From Eledone cirrhosa (lineage: Eukaryota), in contig OZ024740.1 of assembly GCA_964016885.1 (NCBI GenBank), positions 356,004,001 to 356,068,000 on the forward strand: a stretch of DNA of 64,000 nucleotides. Direction: 5' to 3'. Under the pieces are notes generated by a model. It was not told where the DNA came from. It saw nothing but the letters and a program-made list of their open reading frames with translations, and did not search any database. Shown here piece by piece: positions 51,493 to 64,000 of the stretch (its first letter is position 1; every line of letters begins with the position of its first letter). A program made the position numbers and the translations under genes.

Positions 51493-53639
51493 CTCTCTCT
51501 CTCTCTCTCTTTTGTGTGTGTGTAGATTTACTTGCAAAAGAGAATTGTGCTCAACACTACAAATGAATGAAACACTCAGAATATCAGATGACTTCACATA
51601 GTAAGTTGTATCGCTCCATGGCATTCAATTTACAGTTAATTGGACAAGCTATTGAAAGTGAAATGTTTTTGAAATGCAAAGAAGGAAATATTTCTTCTGG
51701 CATTCTGATATCTGCATATCACAACTCACTGGAATTCTTTGAGATTTTTTACAAAATGCAGAAAAAACAATCTCAATGATATTCATTACAATATAATGTG
51801 TTGCTAATATTATACAAGTTTATCTGAAGCAGATGATTGTTGATTACTGAAATAATTACAGATGCATGGCTTTTATTGAAGCACTGATGAATATGCAATT
51901 TGTAATTACAGTAGGATAATTCTTGTTCTCCACTTCAATATTATGAGACTTTAATCACGAAACCTGAGGCAAAATTATAAATCTATAAAAGGACCAACTA
52001 TTAATAGAAATAGTGGAGCATTGGGTTTAAAATTCATTACATTCATTACAACATCCATTTGTCTTTATCACTCTTTCTAATAATTTCACAATCAATCATT
52101 CCACTGTGGATATCTTTTCCTTTTAGACCAGCTTAGATTATGTAAACATGTGTAACTAATAGTTATGTAAAAGTCAAACTAGTTGCTATGCACTTTCCTT
52201 GGCAAAATTGGCTTCGTTCTGAGTCAAAAGAAATATATATTATACATCTTCTGAAGTATATATAATTATATATATTCGGAATTTTTACAATGTTGAATAA
52301 AACCTCCTACATATTTAATGTCAAGCGATATTTATCATTATCGTTATTATTTCTGTTTGTGTGTGTGCATGTATGGTTGATGTGTGTACATGTGTGCATG
52401 CATGAGATGATCAATTGAATTTAAAGTAGAAAGGAAGAGCATAATCAGATGTTTTGAATTACTTAATTTTCTAAATTATGTTTGTGTTGGTTGTTGTTTA
52501 ATTAAAATGTGTGTGGAATTCTTCCAAATGTTTTATAGCTCTACAGCTTGCACTCAAGTAGAAGAAAAAAAATATATATATACAGATATTTCCATACATA
52601 CACACACAAGCACATATATACTTCAAATGATTATAAATTACTGTAGCTGTTGTCACTTATTATTATTCATTGTTGGTAATTTGAAATGATAAGTGTTGGC
52701 TGGCTTACATGATAACACATCTGGTATGTTTTTGTTTTGAAGTTTTAAATCAATATGAGAAAAAAGAAAGTTGCCATATGTAGGAAAATAAATTTTCTGG
52801 AGCTGGTGCTAAAACAAAAACACCTTGCTCATTCAGTCACAATAATTTGCAATGGGAAAGGAATATATTTGCAATGAAATCTTTTGATAAAACTTCATGA
52901 AACATATCGTGCAATACTGAGATGGCTAGAATAATGTTAAAGTAGATTAATTAATGATTTAATTAATAATTAATTAATCTATTTATTTATTTATTTATTT
53001 TATACCCTATAGTATTTTATGTACTTTTTCTTCTTTATTGCTATGTCTACACCCACCACCACCATCATCATCATCCTTACTGCTATCCTCTCCCTCCTCC
53101 TCCTCATCATCATCATAAATATTATCAACACCACTGTCGTTACCCACCCCCTGCTCCTCATCATCATCACCATTGTCCTCCGCTCCACCCCACCTTATCA
53201 TCATCATCATGTGGCTAATTTTGAGTCTGTATATGATATGATTACAATCCCTTCCATCGTGGATAGTTGTCTATGGGGAGATTTAAACTCATCACATAAG
53301 AAGCTGGAACATATGGAAAAACCACTCTAATGTCCAGAACTCTAATTATTTCACTTGACCATTGCCTTTGTTGGGTACTTTATTTATTAATCCTAAAAGG
53401 ATGATAAGCAAAACTGACATTATTGAAATTTAAATTCAGTAGGCAAAGAACTGGAATAGACACCACAAGGAGGTTTGTCCAATGCTCTGTTTCTGCCAAT
53501 TTGTTGCAGGTCTATGAGAGTTGCCTGAAAAGTTCATAGGCTGTCCAAGATTCTCACATGGAATAACCAAATGAGTTTTATTTTTCAACATAGTCCCTAG
53601 AAAGAAACAATTCATTTATTAATAAGAAGCATTGAAATT

Positions 53640-54545
53640 AATGCATAAAATTAATGCATCAAACTTTCATAGTCAGTCAATCCTCATATACTACCAGGTG
53701 AATAATCCAAGCATTGAATTGGCAGCTGTACTTGAAACAGTTATTGATCATGAAAGATATCAAAACATTATTGATCACATATGATATCAAACTTATATAC
53801 AATTGGAGAAAAATCTATTGCCTGCCTGCATCATCTATAAGTCTTTACACTGAAAGTGAAAAGATCAATAGTGAAAGAGGAGTAAGACAAAGGGATATAA
53901 TATCACCCACACTATTTAATGATGTAGTGGAAAACATCTTTAAAAAGCTTGAATGACTAGAATGAAAAGGGAATATATATAAATGGTGTATTTTAAAGTC
54001 CTGAGGACATTACTTCTCTTTTCAAACGATGCTCACCAACTGGAACAAATGTTAAAACAGCAAGGTGGGATTAAAATAAAAATGAAGAATATAAAAGTTG
54101 CATTCAATAGTCATGCAACAAGTAAAGTCATCAAAATCAATGATGATATAACAACTGGTAAATGTAGGATACATTCATATAGCTGAAGTAAAAAGCTGGT
54201 TGGGTTTTTGTTTTTTTGTTGTTGATTAAATGACATGAAAAGTAAGATGACTTTATTACCTGAAGTGCAGAGAGTTTGACCAGAAATACCATACCATCAA
54301 TTATGTATGGTGTAAAGAGAGAGTTAATGATGAAAAAGAAGGAAGAGATGCTTTGAATAACACAAAGCAACATGGAAAGATAGATGCATGTCACTAAAAA
54401 GGACAGAAAAACTTGTCAATAGATGAGTGAGTTCAATAAATTACATGGATGAGAGCAGCACATGATAATGACAATTGGCAGTGATTTGGAGAGCTCTTTG
54501 AGTAGTAGCATGCAGATAATAGCTTAGAAAAATGATGATGATGAT
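53640..54545 (+). pseudogene. old decayed RTE-like LINE
   Basis: ERGVRQRDIISPTLFNDVVENIFKKLE (RT GVRQG..+SP.LF motif); (gat)n tail near 54535. Confidence 0.7.
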
Positions 54546-55914
54546 GGTGGTCTATGCTGATATATACAATCTAAACTATTTTGAGCACCAGAGCTAAATG
54601 AAACAACTATATAAACAGACTTATCTTTTTAATTAACAGACTCTCATGATATCTCTAGAGTTAAGTCAATGACTCAACCTGCTAGAAATAAGCATCAACA
54701 TCTCTAACAAACCCGTGTAAGGATGAATTGAATGATGTAGCCTGAGATAAACTATATTTGGAAAGATGGTCATGGCTAGAAGGTTTTCATATCTATGTTT
54801 GATTAAGGCTAACTGAGGGGGGGGGGGGGGGGTAACCTACTCTTTTTCCTCCTGCTCCCCCAACACCAACAACAGGATTATTTATCTTAGAGCAAGACTT
54901 ATACAGAATCCATTAAGCTAAATTGTGGATTTGTGTAATCTATAAGCATGGGAAAAGAGATATAAAATCAATTCTAAAGATGAAAGGGATGATGACAGCG
55001 CTGATAAGGATCCACACTATCATCTTGCTTTTTGCTGTACTTTCTCAATACACTTATCACTACTAACTTGCTCTGTAGTTTATTGGTTTGCACACTTGAG
55101 AGACATGATGGTGCCAAATGTTTGAGGAAGAGGACATTAGAAGATATCAAGGATCTGAAGTTAAAGACATCAAACAATATGAATTGATGGACCTCTATTG
55201 GTTTCAATGATGAACGCTCCAGTTGTTTGAAGAGAGGAGTAGCATTCCACAGACATGTATACTCCTAATGTAATTCTGAGAGAGATTCAGTATGACACAA
55301 TGTGTGACATGGCTGGCCATTTCAATTACAGGTACAGTCTATCCAACGGGCTTCTAAACAGTTTCCATCTACCTAATTTCAATCAAGAGGCTTGGTTGAT
55401 CAGAAGCTATGGTAAATGACATTTGCTCAAGATGTCACACTCAGGGCTTAATGAAAACTGAAATGAACTCCTAATCCTTTGACCATACTGCATGCACAAA
55501 AATGTAGAGAGATGTGTCAATATAAAATATAAGCTTGCAAAATAAATTTAAGAAAAGAAGCAAGACAAAGATAAAAGAAAGGAAAATGTAATAAAGCAAG
55601 GAAGATAAGAAGAAGAGATGGATTTACTATAACCATGTTATATATATGACTAAAATGCTTCTGTGCTTCGACTGGACACTTAATCAGACAGAAAATCACG
55701 ATAAAATGTTTTTGACATTTATTGGTTTCACCTCACTATTTTTTGGATTATTTATATTGCTTGAAAACAAGGATATGTATGATGATGAATATCAATATAA
55801 ATTTCACTTGTAAATTCGTGTATGTATGTATGTATATATATACATGTATATATGTATGTATTCACATGTATATATATATGTATATGTATGTATATGTGTG
55901 TGTATATGTTTGTG

Positions 55915-55967
<53 letters not shown>

Positions 55968-56070
55968 ATATGTGTGTACATATATAAATGTGCATGTACA
56001 TGTATATATGTATGTATTCACATGTATATATATATGTATATGTATGTATATGTGTGTGTATATGTTTGTG

Positions 56071-56141
<71 letters not shown>

Positions 56142-56743
56142 ATATGTGTGTACGTATATAAATGTGCATGTGTGTATGTAGGTATGTATATATACATATG
56201 TTTATGCATATGTGTATAAATGTACATGTGTTTGTATATTTATGTTTTCTCTTTCTTTATGTCTTGTGGGTTAGTTGTTTGACAAATAGGGATTGATAAA
56301 AAAAGTATCAGAATTGAAGAAATAAATAGCGGTCAGTATAATCAAATAAATCTCATGACGGTGGTGCCACACCATAACAACAGTCTAATAACTGAAACCA
56401 GTAAGAGAAAAATGGTTTTCTGGTACCATAATAAAATGCACTCTGTAAAGTGGCTGACCTTAAGAAGGATATCCAGCAGAAGACAACCTGCCAGAATGTG
56501 AAACATATAAACCAGACATGGTTATCTGATCAATCTTGCATATAACCATAAAGATACCTCCAGCCCATGCTAGTGTGAAAAAAAACTATATAAAATGATG
56601 TTCATGAAGATGATATCATATATATATTACATAGACTTATTATTAGTTTCACTTTTAATCAAATTTTCAAACAATCAATGCCATAAGTGAAACAATGTTG
56701 TATTTACATATAGAATAAGTTATAAAAAAACAATTGGTACATT

Positions 56744-57091
56744 CATCATCATCATCATCATCATCATTTTACGTCCACTTTTCCCTGCTTGCAAGGGTGG
56801 GACGGGAACTGATTCTGGCTTGATTTCCACAGCTGGATGCCCTTCCTAACACCAACCTCATTTACAGTGAGTGCTGGGTGCTTTTTTGCCGTGGCACCCC
56901 CACGACCACTTTGCAGTGGAATGATATAGACCCCAGTCCCTATCATCTCATTTCTACAGCTGAGTAAACTGGAGCAATGTGAAATAAAGTGTCTTGCTCA
57001 AGGAAACAACACATCACCCGGTCTGAGAATTGAACTCACAACCTTTCGATTGCAAGGCCAATGCTCTAACCACTAAGCCATGTGCCTCCAT
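56744..57091 (-). mobile_element. SINE family A, full length
   Basis: Reverse complement of 6901-7245. Confidence 0.92.
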
Positions 57092-59029
57092 TACAAAAAT
57101 ATAATAGAAGTTGTAAAACTTTTTGATTTAGTTGACATGTTATAGTGTAAAACATCACCGCTTACAATTTTGATATATACCGAAAAAAATAAATATTTTT
57201 ATTCACACAAAATGTAGAAATATTTTATGTTTTCAAGACTGTGTATGAATTTATTATGTATCTATTTGGTTTTCAGCAGTTAGATCATCCATACTATTTC
57301 ATCTGCAGAAAGACATTATCTCTGAATGTGTGTACATGATGGAATTTTTATGTGATAGACTATTCATTTTCTCTGAGGGGCAAAGAGCACAACTGTCGCC
57401 ATGCTGTTCATATGGCTTGGTATGTAATATATTCGAAAAAAATTATAGACTTAACATTGTTATTTTTTAAAGAACACATGAAGTTTGGTAAACTTGTATC
57501 CAAAATTCTTCCTGGATTTCTGAAAGAATTCTAATGTTATTTTAAATTATCATTTAAATTGCTTATCAGTAAACCCCAAACTGGGTTATCAGCTTTAAAT
57601 ACGTTTGCACAATAAATGATCTAATTTCAAAGGCATGAATTATTCGATGGACAATTTACAGGGTTAAGGCACATACGTGAATGGAAAGTATTAGACATAG
57701 ATGGTGGTTTAACATTTTACAATTGATGTTTGCTATTTCTGTTTCACAATTATATGCACAGTTGAAGATGTTTACCTAATAAGGAAAAATGTCCACTTTT
57801 ATTGAAATTATGTATGTATGAAACAGTGCTGTGAAAGCAATTCAGTCACAAAAGAATTGCTTCTTTAGTGCTGGTGGCATGAAAGAGTGCACACAACTCT
57901 TGCTGTGAAATGATTAGTAACAGAAAAAATCTAGCAAAAAAAAAAAAGAAGAAACAAATCAAGAAAGTAATAATTAAACAAAAAAGGACTACTGACACTT
58001 ACTGCAGCAGTTCTGTGCATGAGAGTGGAGTGGTCAGCTGGGAATGTCTTGACCATATGTAAGAGGTTCTCAACTGTCATCTAATGATTACACCAACACT
58101 CTTCCTTTCAGACAATTTATCCTTATGCAAAACTTCTTTTACTGTTAGATGTAAAACTTAAGGGCTGCCACCATCAATATGGCATGACAAAAGATATGCC
58201 AAGAGAGATTTTAAAGAGGCCTGAGTGGAAGAGAGTTGATATAAATTATGAAATTGATAAGATGGAGGGGAACTGCTATCAGTCTCTTCACTGGTAAGAA
58301 ACACCAATACAAACAAGCTGGAGTGGATATAGTTGGTATATTGTTGACTGGGAAATTGATAAAGTGATTGATGTAGACAGAATATTTAAAAAATAATTAA
58401 TCTTAAACTTATCATAGGCAACAGTGATCTTTGTATGTTCTTTAAAAGGGATTAACAAATGAGCAAAATAAACGTTTCTATGAAGTCCATTGTTATAATG
58501 AAGGATAGTGACTTTGTAATCACATTTAGAGACTTAAATCACATTTAGAGACTTAAATTGGCATGTTGGGCAGCAGCATCATGGTGACTCCAGTATGGGT
58601 ATGGTACAAGGAATGAAGAGTCCAACGCTGCAAATAACTATCTGCATAAATAACTTCAGGAAACTTATTAGTGACCTGATCACCAATCAGATAACACACA
58701 AGCCAGATAGATTCATACTTACCTAGAAATAGGATAGGAAACAGATGAAGAATGCACAACTCAACATAAACTAGTGATCAGTGACCTCAGGATAGGAGCT
58801 TAGATGTACTCAGAGATATGAGGCACAAAACAACATAGAGAAGGAATGCATGGAAGTTGAAAAGTACTTCAACCAGAAGTAGATTAAAAAATGTACTTGT
58901 TGACTTGTAAAAAGATAAAGAAGATGAGATAGACTTCTAACAGAAGACAGCTTGCTGTTTGCCTGATTGATGGAAAGCAGGGGGCTGAATTAAATTCAAG
59001 AATTGCAGGAGTTGAGGTTAGTAATGTAC

Positions 59030-59532
59030 CAGGTTCAGCACTTCAGAAGGGAGGTAGGTGTAAAAGCCAAACTCGCTATCTTCAATTAGGTGTTTATGCC
59101 AACTATTACCTATAGTCCTGAATCTTGAGAAATGACCGAAACAGTATGATCGTGAATACAAGCAGCCAAAATGGAGTTCCCCAATGGATCTCTGGAATAA
59201 TGTTACTCGATAGGCTGTGTAGCTTAGAGATCAGAGAGTTACTCCAAGTAGAGCCACTACTTCTCTGAATTGAGAGATCACAGCTCTGATACTATGGACA
59301 TGTGGTTAGAATGGATCAGAAAGAATCCATGGACAGATTTTATGTGCCAAGCCAATTGGCAGGAGACCCAGAGGTAGACCTTGAGCAAGAGAGTTAGATA
59401 ACATCAATGAGCTTTATTGATCTTGTTTGGGAATCCAATTGGAGATAGTTGCTTCTGGTAAGACCCTCTGAAAAGCATATCTAAGGACTCTGCTTCCACA
59501 ACCTAGCCATGAATAAGTGGGTGAAGAAGAAA
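59030..59532 (+). pseudogene. decayed RTE (Expander-like) LINE 3' end
   Basis: IRELLQVEPLLL*IERSQL*YYGHVVRM...RRPRGRP; gaagaagaa tail. Confidence 0.7.
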
Positions 59533-59589
59533 AAGACAACCCACTGTGAGCCACTGAATAAAACTGTGGATGGAGAAAAGTTTTTGTGA

Positions 59590-61350
59590 AATAGATGACT
59601 TGGTGGTAGAATGGTACAGTATATAAAATTATAATAGCTCTGAGAGATGCTGGGAATGATTGGAAAAGAAAAAGTAAAAAAATAATCAGTCCTCTAGAAG
59701 CTAGACAATTATATGTAGCATGTGGAGAAATTGAAAATAAGAGGTTTGCCAATGCTCTGGGATGTAAGAATTAGATGTTGATTGAAAATTACCATGTCAT
59801 TGTGAATCATGATGTAATAGATAAAAAGTGTGTACAAAATAGTTTGGACAATGATAAGAAAGAAGCAGGTTTGGACATGTAATGAGGGAGGCTGCTGAAT
59901 GAAGAGAATACATTGGAAAGGGAGGGTCTATGTTAACTAGCCTCAACAAAGGGGCCAGTGATTAATGATATGATGATAGGAAATGTAGCTGGACTATCAA
60001 TGTTATCTGTTTAAATGTAAATATCAGGGGAAATCACCTACATAGTGAATCAGGTAGTGCAGTGAGTTGACATACACAATCATTGGCATGGTAGTATAAT
60101 CATCAACTGCTACAAGGGTAAATGAGATGCTCCAGAAACAAGCAGCTACAAAAGCTTCAAACTGATGGATGAAGTTATTAAAATAACAGATAGAGTTATA
60201 GCAAAATAATGTGGAAAATAATTAGCTTGGATATGAAGCAATATGGGTTCATGCTAAGATGAAATACTACTGATACCCTATCTTAGTGAAGCAGCAACAG
60301 TTTTTAGCTAAAAGGAAGCTACTGTATTTAGCATTCATCAATGTGGAGAGGGCTTAGAATAGGTTACAAATCTTTATTGTCTGGAAAACTAGATTATGAA
60401 TGGTTTGTGAGAGTCATGCAAGCCATTAACAGTAATGTGGTCAGCAAAATGAGAATTAGTAATGAATTCTGTAAAGAATTTAGTGTGTAGGTAGGTGCTC
60501 ACCAGGACTCAGTTTTCAACCTCTCTTGTTTATTATAGTTCTTTAGATCATAACTGAAGAATTTAAAATGAACTGTCTATGTATGCCAATGATCTTCTTC
60601 TCAAAAAAGATCATTGAGTTTCTCAAAGTTTAAAAAAAAATTCTAAAGCTTAATGTTGAGAGGCTTTAAATTAAAACTTAGGTTTTACTTAGCCCTCCAA
60701 AAAAGAGAAGAAAAAAAAGAAAAATGAGGAGTAGATGGAAATTCCCTAGGGTGTACTCAATATAAACTATGGATTCTAAAGAGGTGCAGTGTGATCCCTG
60801 CTAGTCTGACAGTATGAAAACATCATATGTAGGAGATAAACAGTCAAAGTTGCATAGCATGAAATAAATTGTTGGAAATATTCAGAAAGTTTCCAAGAAA
60901 TTGTTGGGAATTTCTGTTACCTAGGTGACTTGATTTGCAGTAGATGTGGATATTATGAGAGCATAAAACTTGGAGTAAGAACAGAATAGAACAAAGTTTA
61001 GTTAACGATTGCTTCTGTTGGCAACAAAAATATTCTCTCAACAACCAAAAGATAGATTATATGATAGGAAGTTTGATATTGGATGATAGTGAAACATGGA
61101 TGTTTAGTGTGGTAGATGTGCAAAGCCTGGAAAGAAATAAGGCAAGCATGCCTCACTATATATAATGTCAGTTTGCATGAATGATAGAGTACAAATGAGT
61201 TGAGAGAAAAGCATAACATAAAAGGAATCAGATGTAGCATGCATGAAAGAAAACACTGCTTTGGCATGTATTAAAGTTGAGGGATTGAAATAAATAGAAT
61301 CTGTGGAAGAGAAAGATCAAAGAAGACATGAAAATATGTGGAGCAGGCTT
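59590..61350 (+). pseudogene. highly decayed RTE LINE (relative of 20530-23399)
   Basis: Collinear remnants IINCYKGK, QYGF, YLAFINVE, VGAHQDSV, FCYLGD and SETW. Confidence 0.8.
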
Positions 61351-61563
61351 TTCTTAAAAAGGTGAACTTTGCAAAAGGATCATAAATGGCAACATGTTAG
61401 ACTCATTTAAGCATGAAAATTTGAATAAATTGACGAATATGATGATGATAATAATAATGATAATTATGTATATGCATGTATAAATGTTTGTGTATATATA
61501 TATATATATATAATATTTTATACATATGTATCTATTATAATATACATATATATATATAATATA

Positions 61564-61613
<50 letters not shown>

Positions 61614-61689
61614 TTATACATATGTATCTATTATATAATATATTAAATATATATATAATATATACATATGTGTGTGTGTCTGAGTGTAA

Positions 61690-62465
61690 AAGCACAAACA
61701 CATGCATATACTCACACACATTAAGTGTGTGTCTCAGTATGTTTACACATGTATATATATAAGTATATTTTTTTAATGTATTACATTTTCTTTTCCTGAC
61801 ATTTCTTCATTCACTTATAAGACTAACTGGATGTTTTGATGTTTACAACATTGCTGTACAATGCCATGGATACAAGGTGATATTTGATGAATAATACTTT
61901 TTCGTTTCAAATCTAAATACTGATTTATTTCATTCTAAACACATCTAGAAGTTTTAGCATTCTCTTTAGGTGCATATTTACAGTAACTCAATATCAAAAC
62001 AGAAATACTATTTAATAATCAATATGGTTATTCGATCATTATCCCACTAGCCATTGCTTTTGCTGGCATGGGATGGAAGTCATGGACTAGAGAAAATCGT
62101 TAGCTACTATATATTAATATATAATTAATTTACTCTACATCCTTATTTCCTTATTGAGTACACTCTACTTTATTCAGAAAATCACTTGTAAAGTCTGCAC
62201 GAAAGAAAAAGATTGCTGTGGCATGGACATGTGTAAAGAAGTGTTGAGGAATTGAAGTAAATAGAATCTGAGGGAGAGAAAGACACACACACATGGCAAT
62301 GTACAGCAATGTTGTAAACATCAAAACATCCAGTTAGTCTTATAAGTGAATGAAGAAATGTCAGGGAAAGATAATGTAATACATCAAAAAAATATACTTA
62401 TATATATATGTAAACCTACCCAGACACACACGTAAGTGTGTGTGAGTACATGCATGTGTTTTTTT
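61690..62465. repeat. spaced inverted repeat (arms about 175 bp)
   Basis: 61690-61867 versus 62293-62465. Confidence 0.85.
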
Positions 62466-62504
62466 TATGCACAACACACACACACACATATATATATATT
62501 ATAT

Positions 62505-62697
62505 ATAAAAGTGCCCAGCTCACATTGTAAGGCAGTTGTGAAAGTGTCACTACAAAAAGCACCCAGTACTCACTGTAAATGTGGTTGGCATTAGGAAGGG
62601 CATTCAGCTGTAGAAACCAAGTCAAAATCAGTTCTGTATGAGCAAGATATGGTCATCTGCTAGCATGGAAAGTGGACGTTAAATGGTGATGATGATA
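62505..62697 (+). mobile_element. diverged RTE 3' UTR fragment
   Basis: ggttggcattaggaagggcattcagctgtagaaa...ggacgttaaa(tga)n. Confidence 0.8.
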
Positions 62698-62920
62698 TAT
62701 ATGTATGCAGTAGAGGAAGACCAAGAAAAACTGGGCAGACTTGGTTAGAGCTGATCCCAAAGTACTAAATCTCACAGAATAGATGTTGAAGGAACACTGA
62801 GTAGGTAGAGGCTATGCTGGTACAAACCTGTCCAACCCATGCAAGCATGGATAAAAGAGCATAAAATGATGAAGATGATGATGATGGATAGCATTACTGT
62901 AATTAATAGTTATAATAATA

Positions 62921-63870
62921 ACGATGAGGGTAATTTATAGCAGAAATGTTGGAGCATTTGTGTATTTAATTATACCCACTTATATTCTATCTAGTTCAAA
63001 TTATTTCAAGATCAATTTGCCTTTCATGCGCTTTGAGTTTGAGACAAATTAGTACTAATAATATACTGCCATTAATACAAACTACTGTCTCCTTAGCAAA
63101 TAGAAACATCAGTCATAAACTGACCCTTTTCTCCCAATTTCCATGTCAGTATCTAATTCCAAATTCAACTTAATTTAGCTTAATAAATGAATAAGGCACT
63201 GATGTTAAACTATCATCAAAAAGAAGAACAGAAAGGAAGAAAGGGACATTATTGTCAGAAAACATGGCATAAATATATCCCCAAATTTAATCTTTAGCAA
63301 ACTCATAATAGGTGGATTGGCAGTATCGGTAGAGGGTCGGACGCAATGCTTTGACGCATAGAGCTACGGCCCTTGCCTTGCCATTCTGAGTTCAAATCCC
63401 GCCGAGGTTAGCTTTAACTCTCATCCTTACGGGGTCGGTAATTGCTGGCCTTGTGCCAAAAAGTAGAAACAATTATTATAATATTATGAGTTTGCTAAAG
63501 ATTAAATTTGGGGATATATTTATGCCATGTTTTCTGACAATAATGTCCCTTTCTTCCTTTCGGTTCTTCTTTTTGATGATAGTTTAACATCAGTGCCTTA
63601 TTCATTTATTAAGCTAAATTAAGTTGAATTTGGAATTAGATACTGACATGGAAATTGGGAAAAAAGGGTCAGTTTATGACTGATGTTTCTATTTGCTAAG
63701 GAGACAGTAGTTTGTATTAAGGCAGTATATTATTAGTACTAATTTGTCTCAAACTCAAAGCGCATGAAAGGCAATTTGATCTTGAAATAATTCGAACTAG
63801 ATAGAATATAAGTGGGTATAATTAAATACACAAATGCTCCAACATTTCTGCTATAAATTACCCTCATCGT
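62921..63870. repeat. 390-bp near-perfect inverted duplication with a SINE B as spacer
   Basis: 62921-63310 versus 63482-63870, about 5 differences by eye. Confidence 0.95.
63311..63478 (+). mobile_element. SINE family B (internal deletion)
   Basis: Family match; lacks the gataaaataaagtac segment. Confidence 0.9.
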
Positions 63871-63917
63871 ATATATATATACACACACCCCCAATACATT
63901 ATATATATATATGTGTA

Positions 63918-63954
<37 letters not shown>

Positions 63955-64000
63955 GCACACATAAACAGTACTATTAAGCAACCTTTATTGACACTAAAAA

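Noticed and set aside
53000-53210. Acidic D/E/G-rich ORF
   Set aside because: Low-complexity (cat/cac/cct)n trinucleotide mosaic.

Overview
AT-rich, microsatellite-dense animal genomic DNA, most consistent with a coleoid cephalopod such as Octopus (inferred from the repeat repertoire, not proven). I found no confidently supportable host protein-coding gene; nearly all ORF-track entries are translated (TA)n/(TG)n/(GA)n or SINE/LINE antisense frames. The window is a transposon mosaic: RTE-clade LINEs (one young 5'-truncated copy, several decayed, with a PHD-like zinc finger inside the RT), three tRNA-headed SINE families, CR1-, CRE- and Penelope-like (GIY-YIG) relics, and hAT/Tc1/piggyBac-like MITEs. 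The standout signal is a dense, multi-family population of type I hammerhead ribozyme (HHR) motifs, about 7 intact or near-intact plus many half or decayed copies. They sit in short non-coding elements inserted in (TA)n. These elements show partial tandem/circularly permuted monomers and fold-back inversions whose symmetry centres often fall in or next to the ribozyme core, which fits a Penelope-dependent retrozyme-like system. All motifs were read by eye; element boundaries are approximate and no ribozyme activity is demonstrated.
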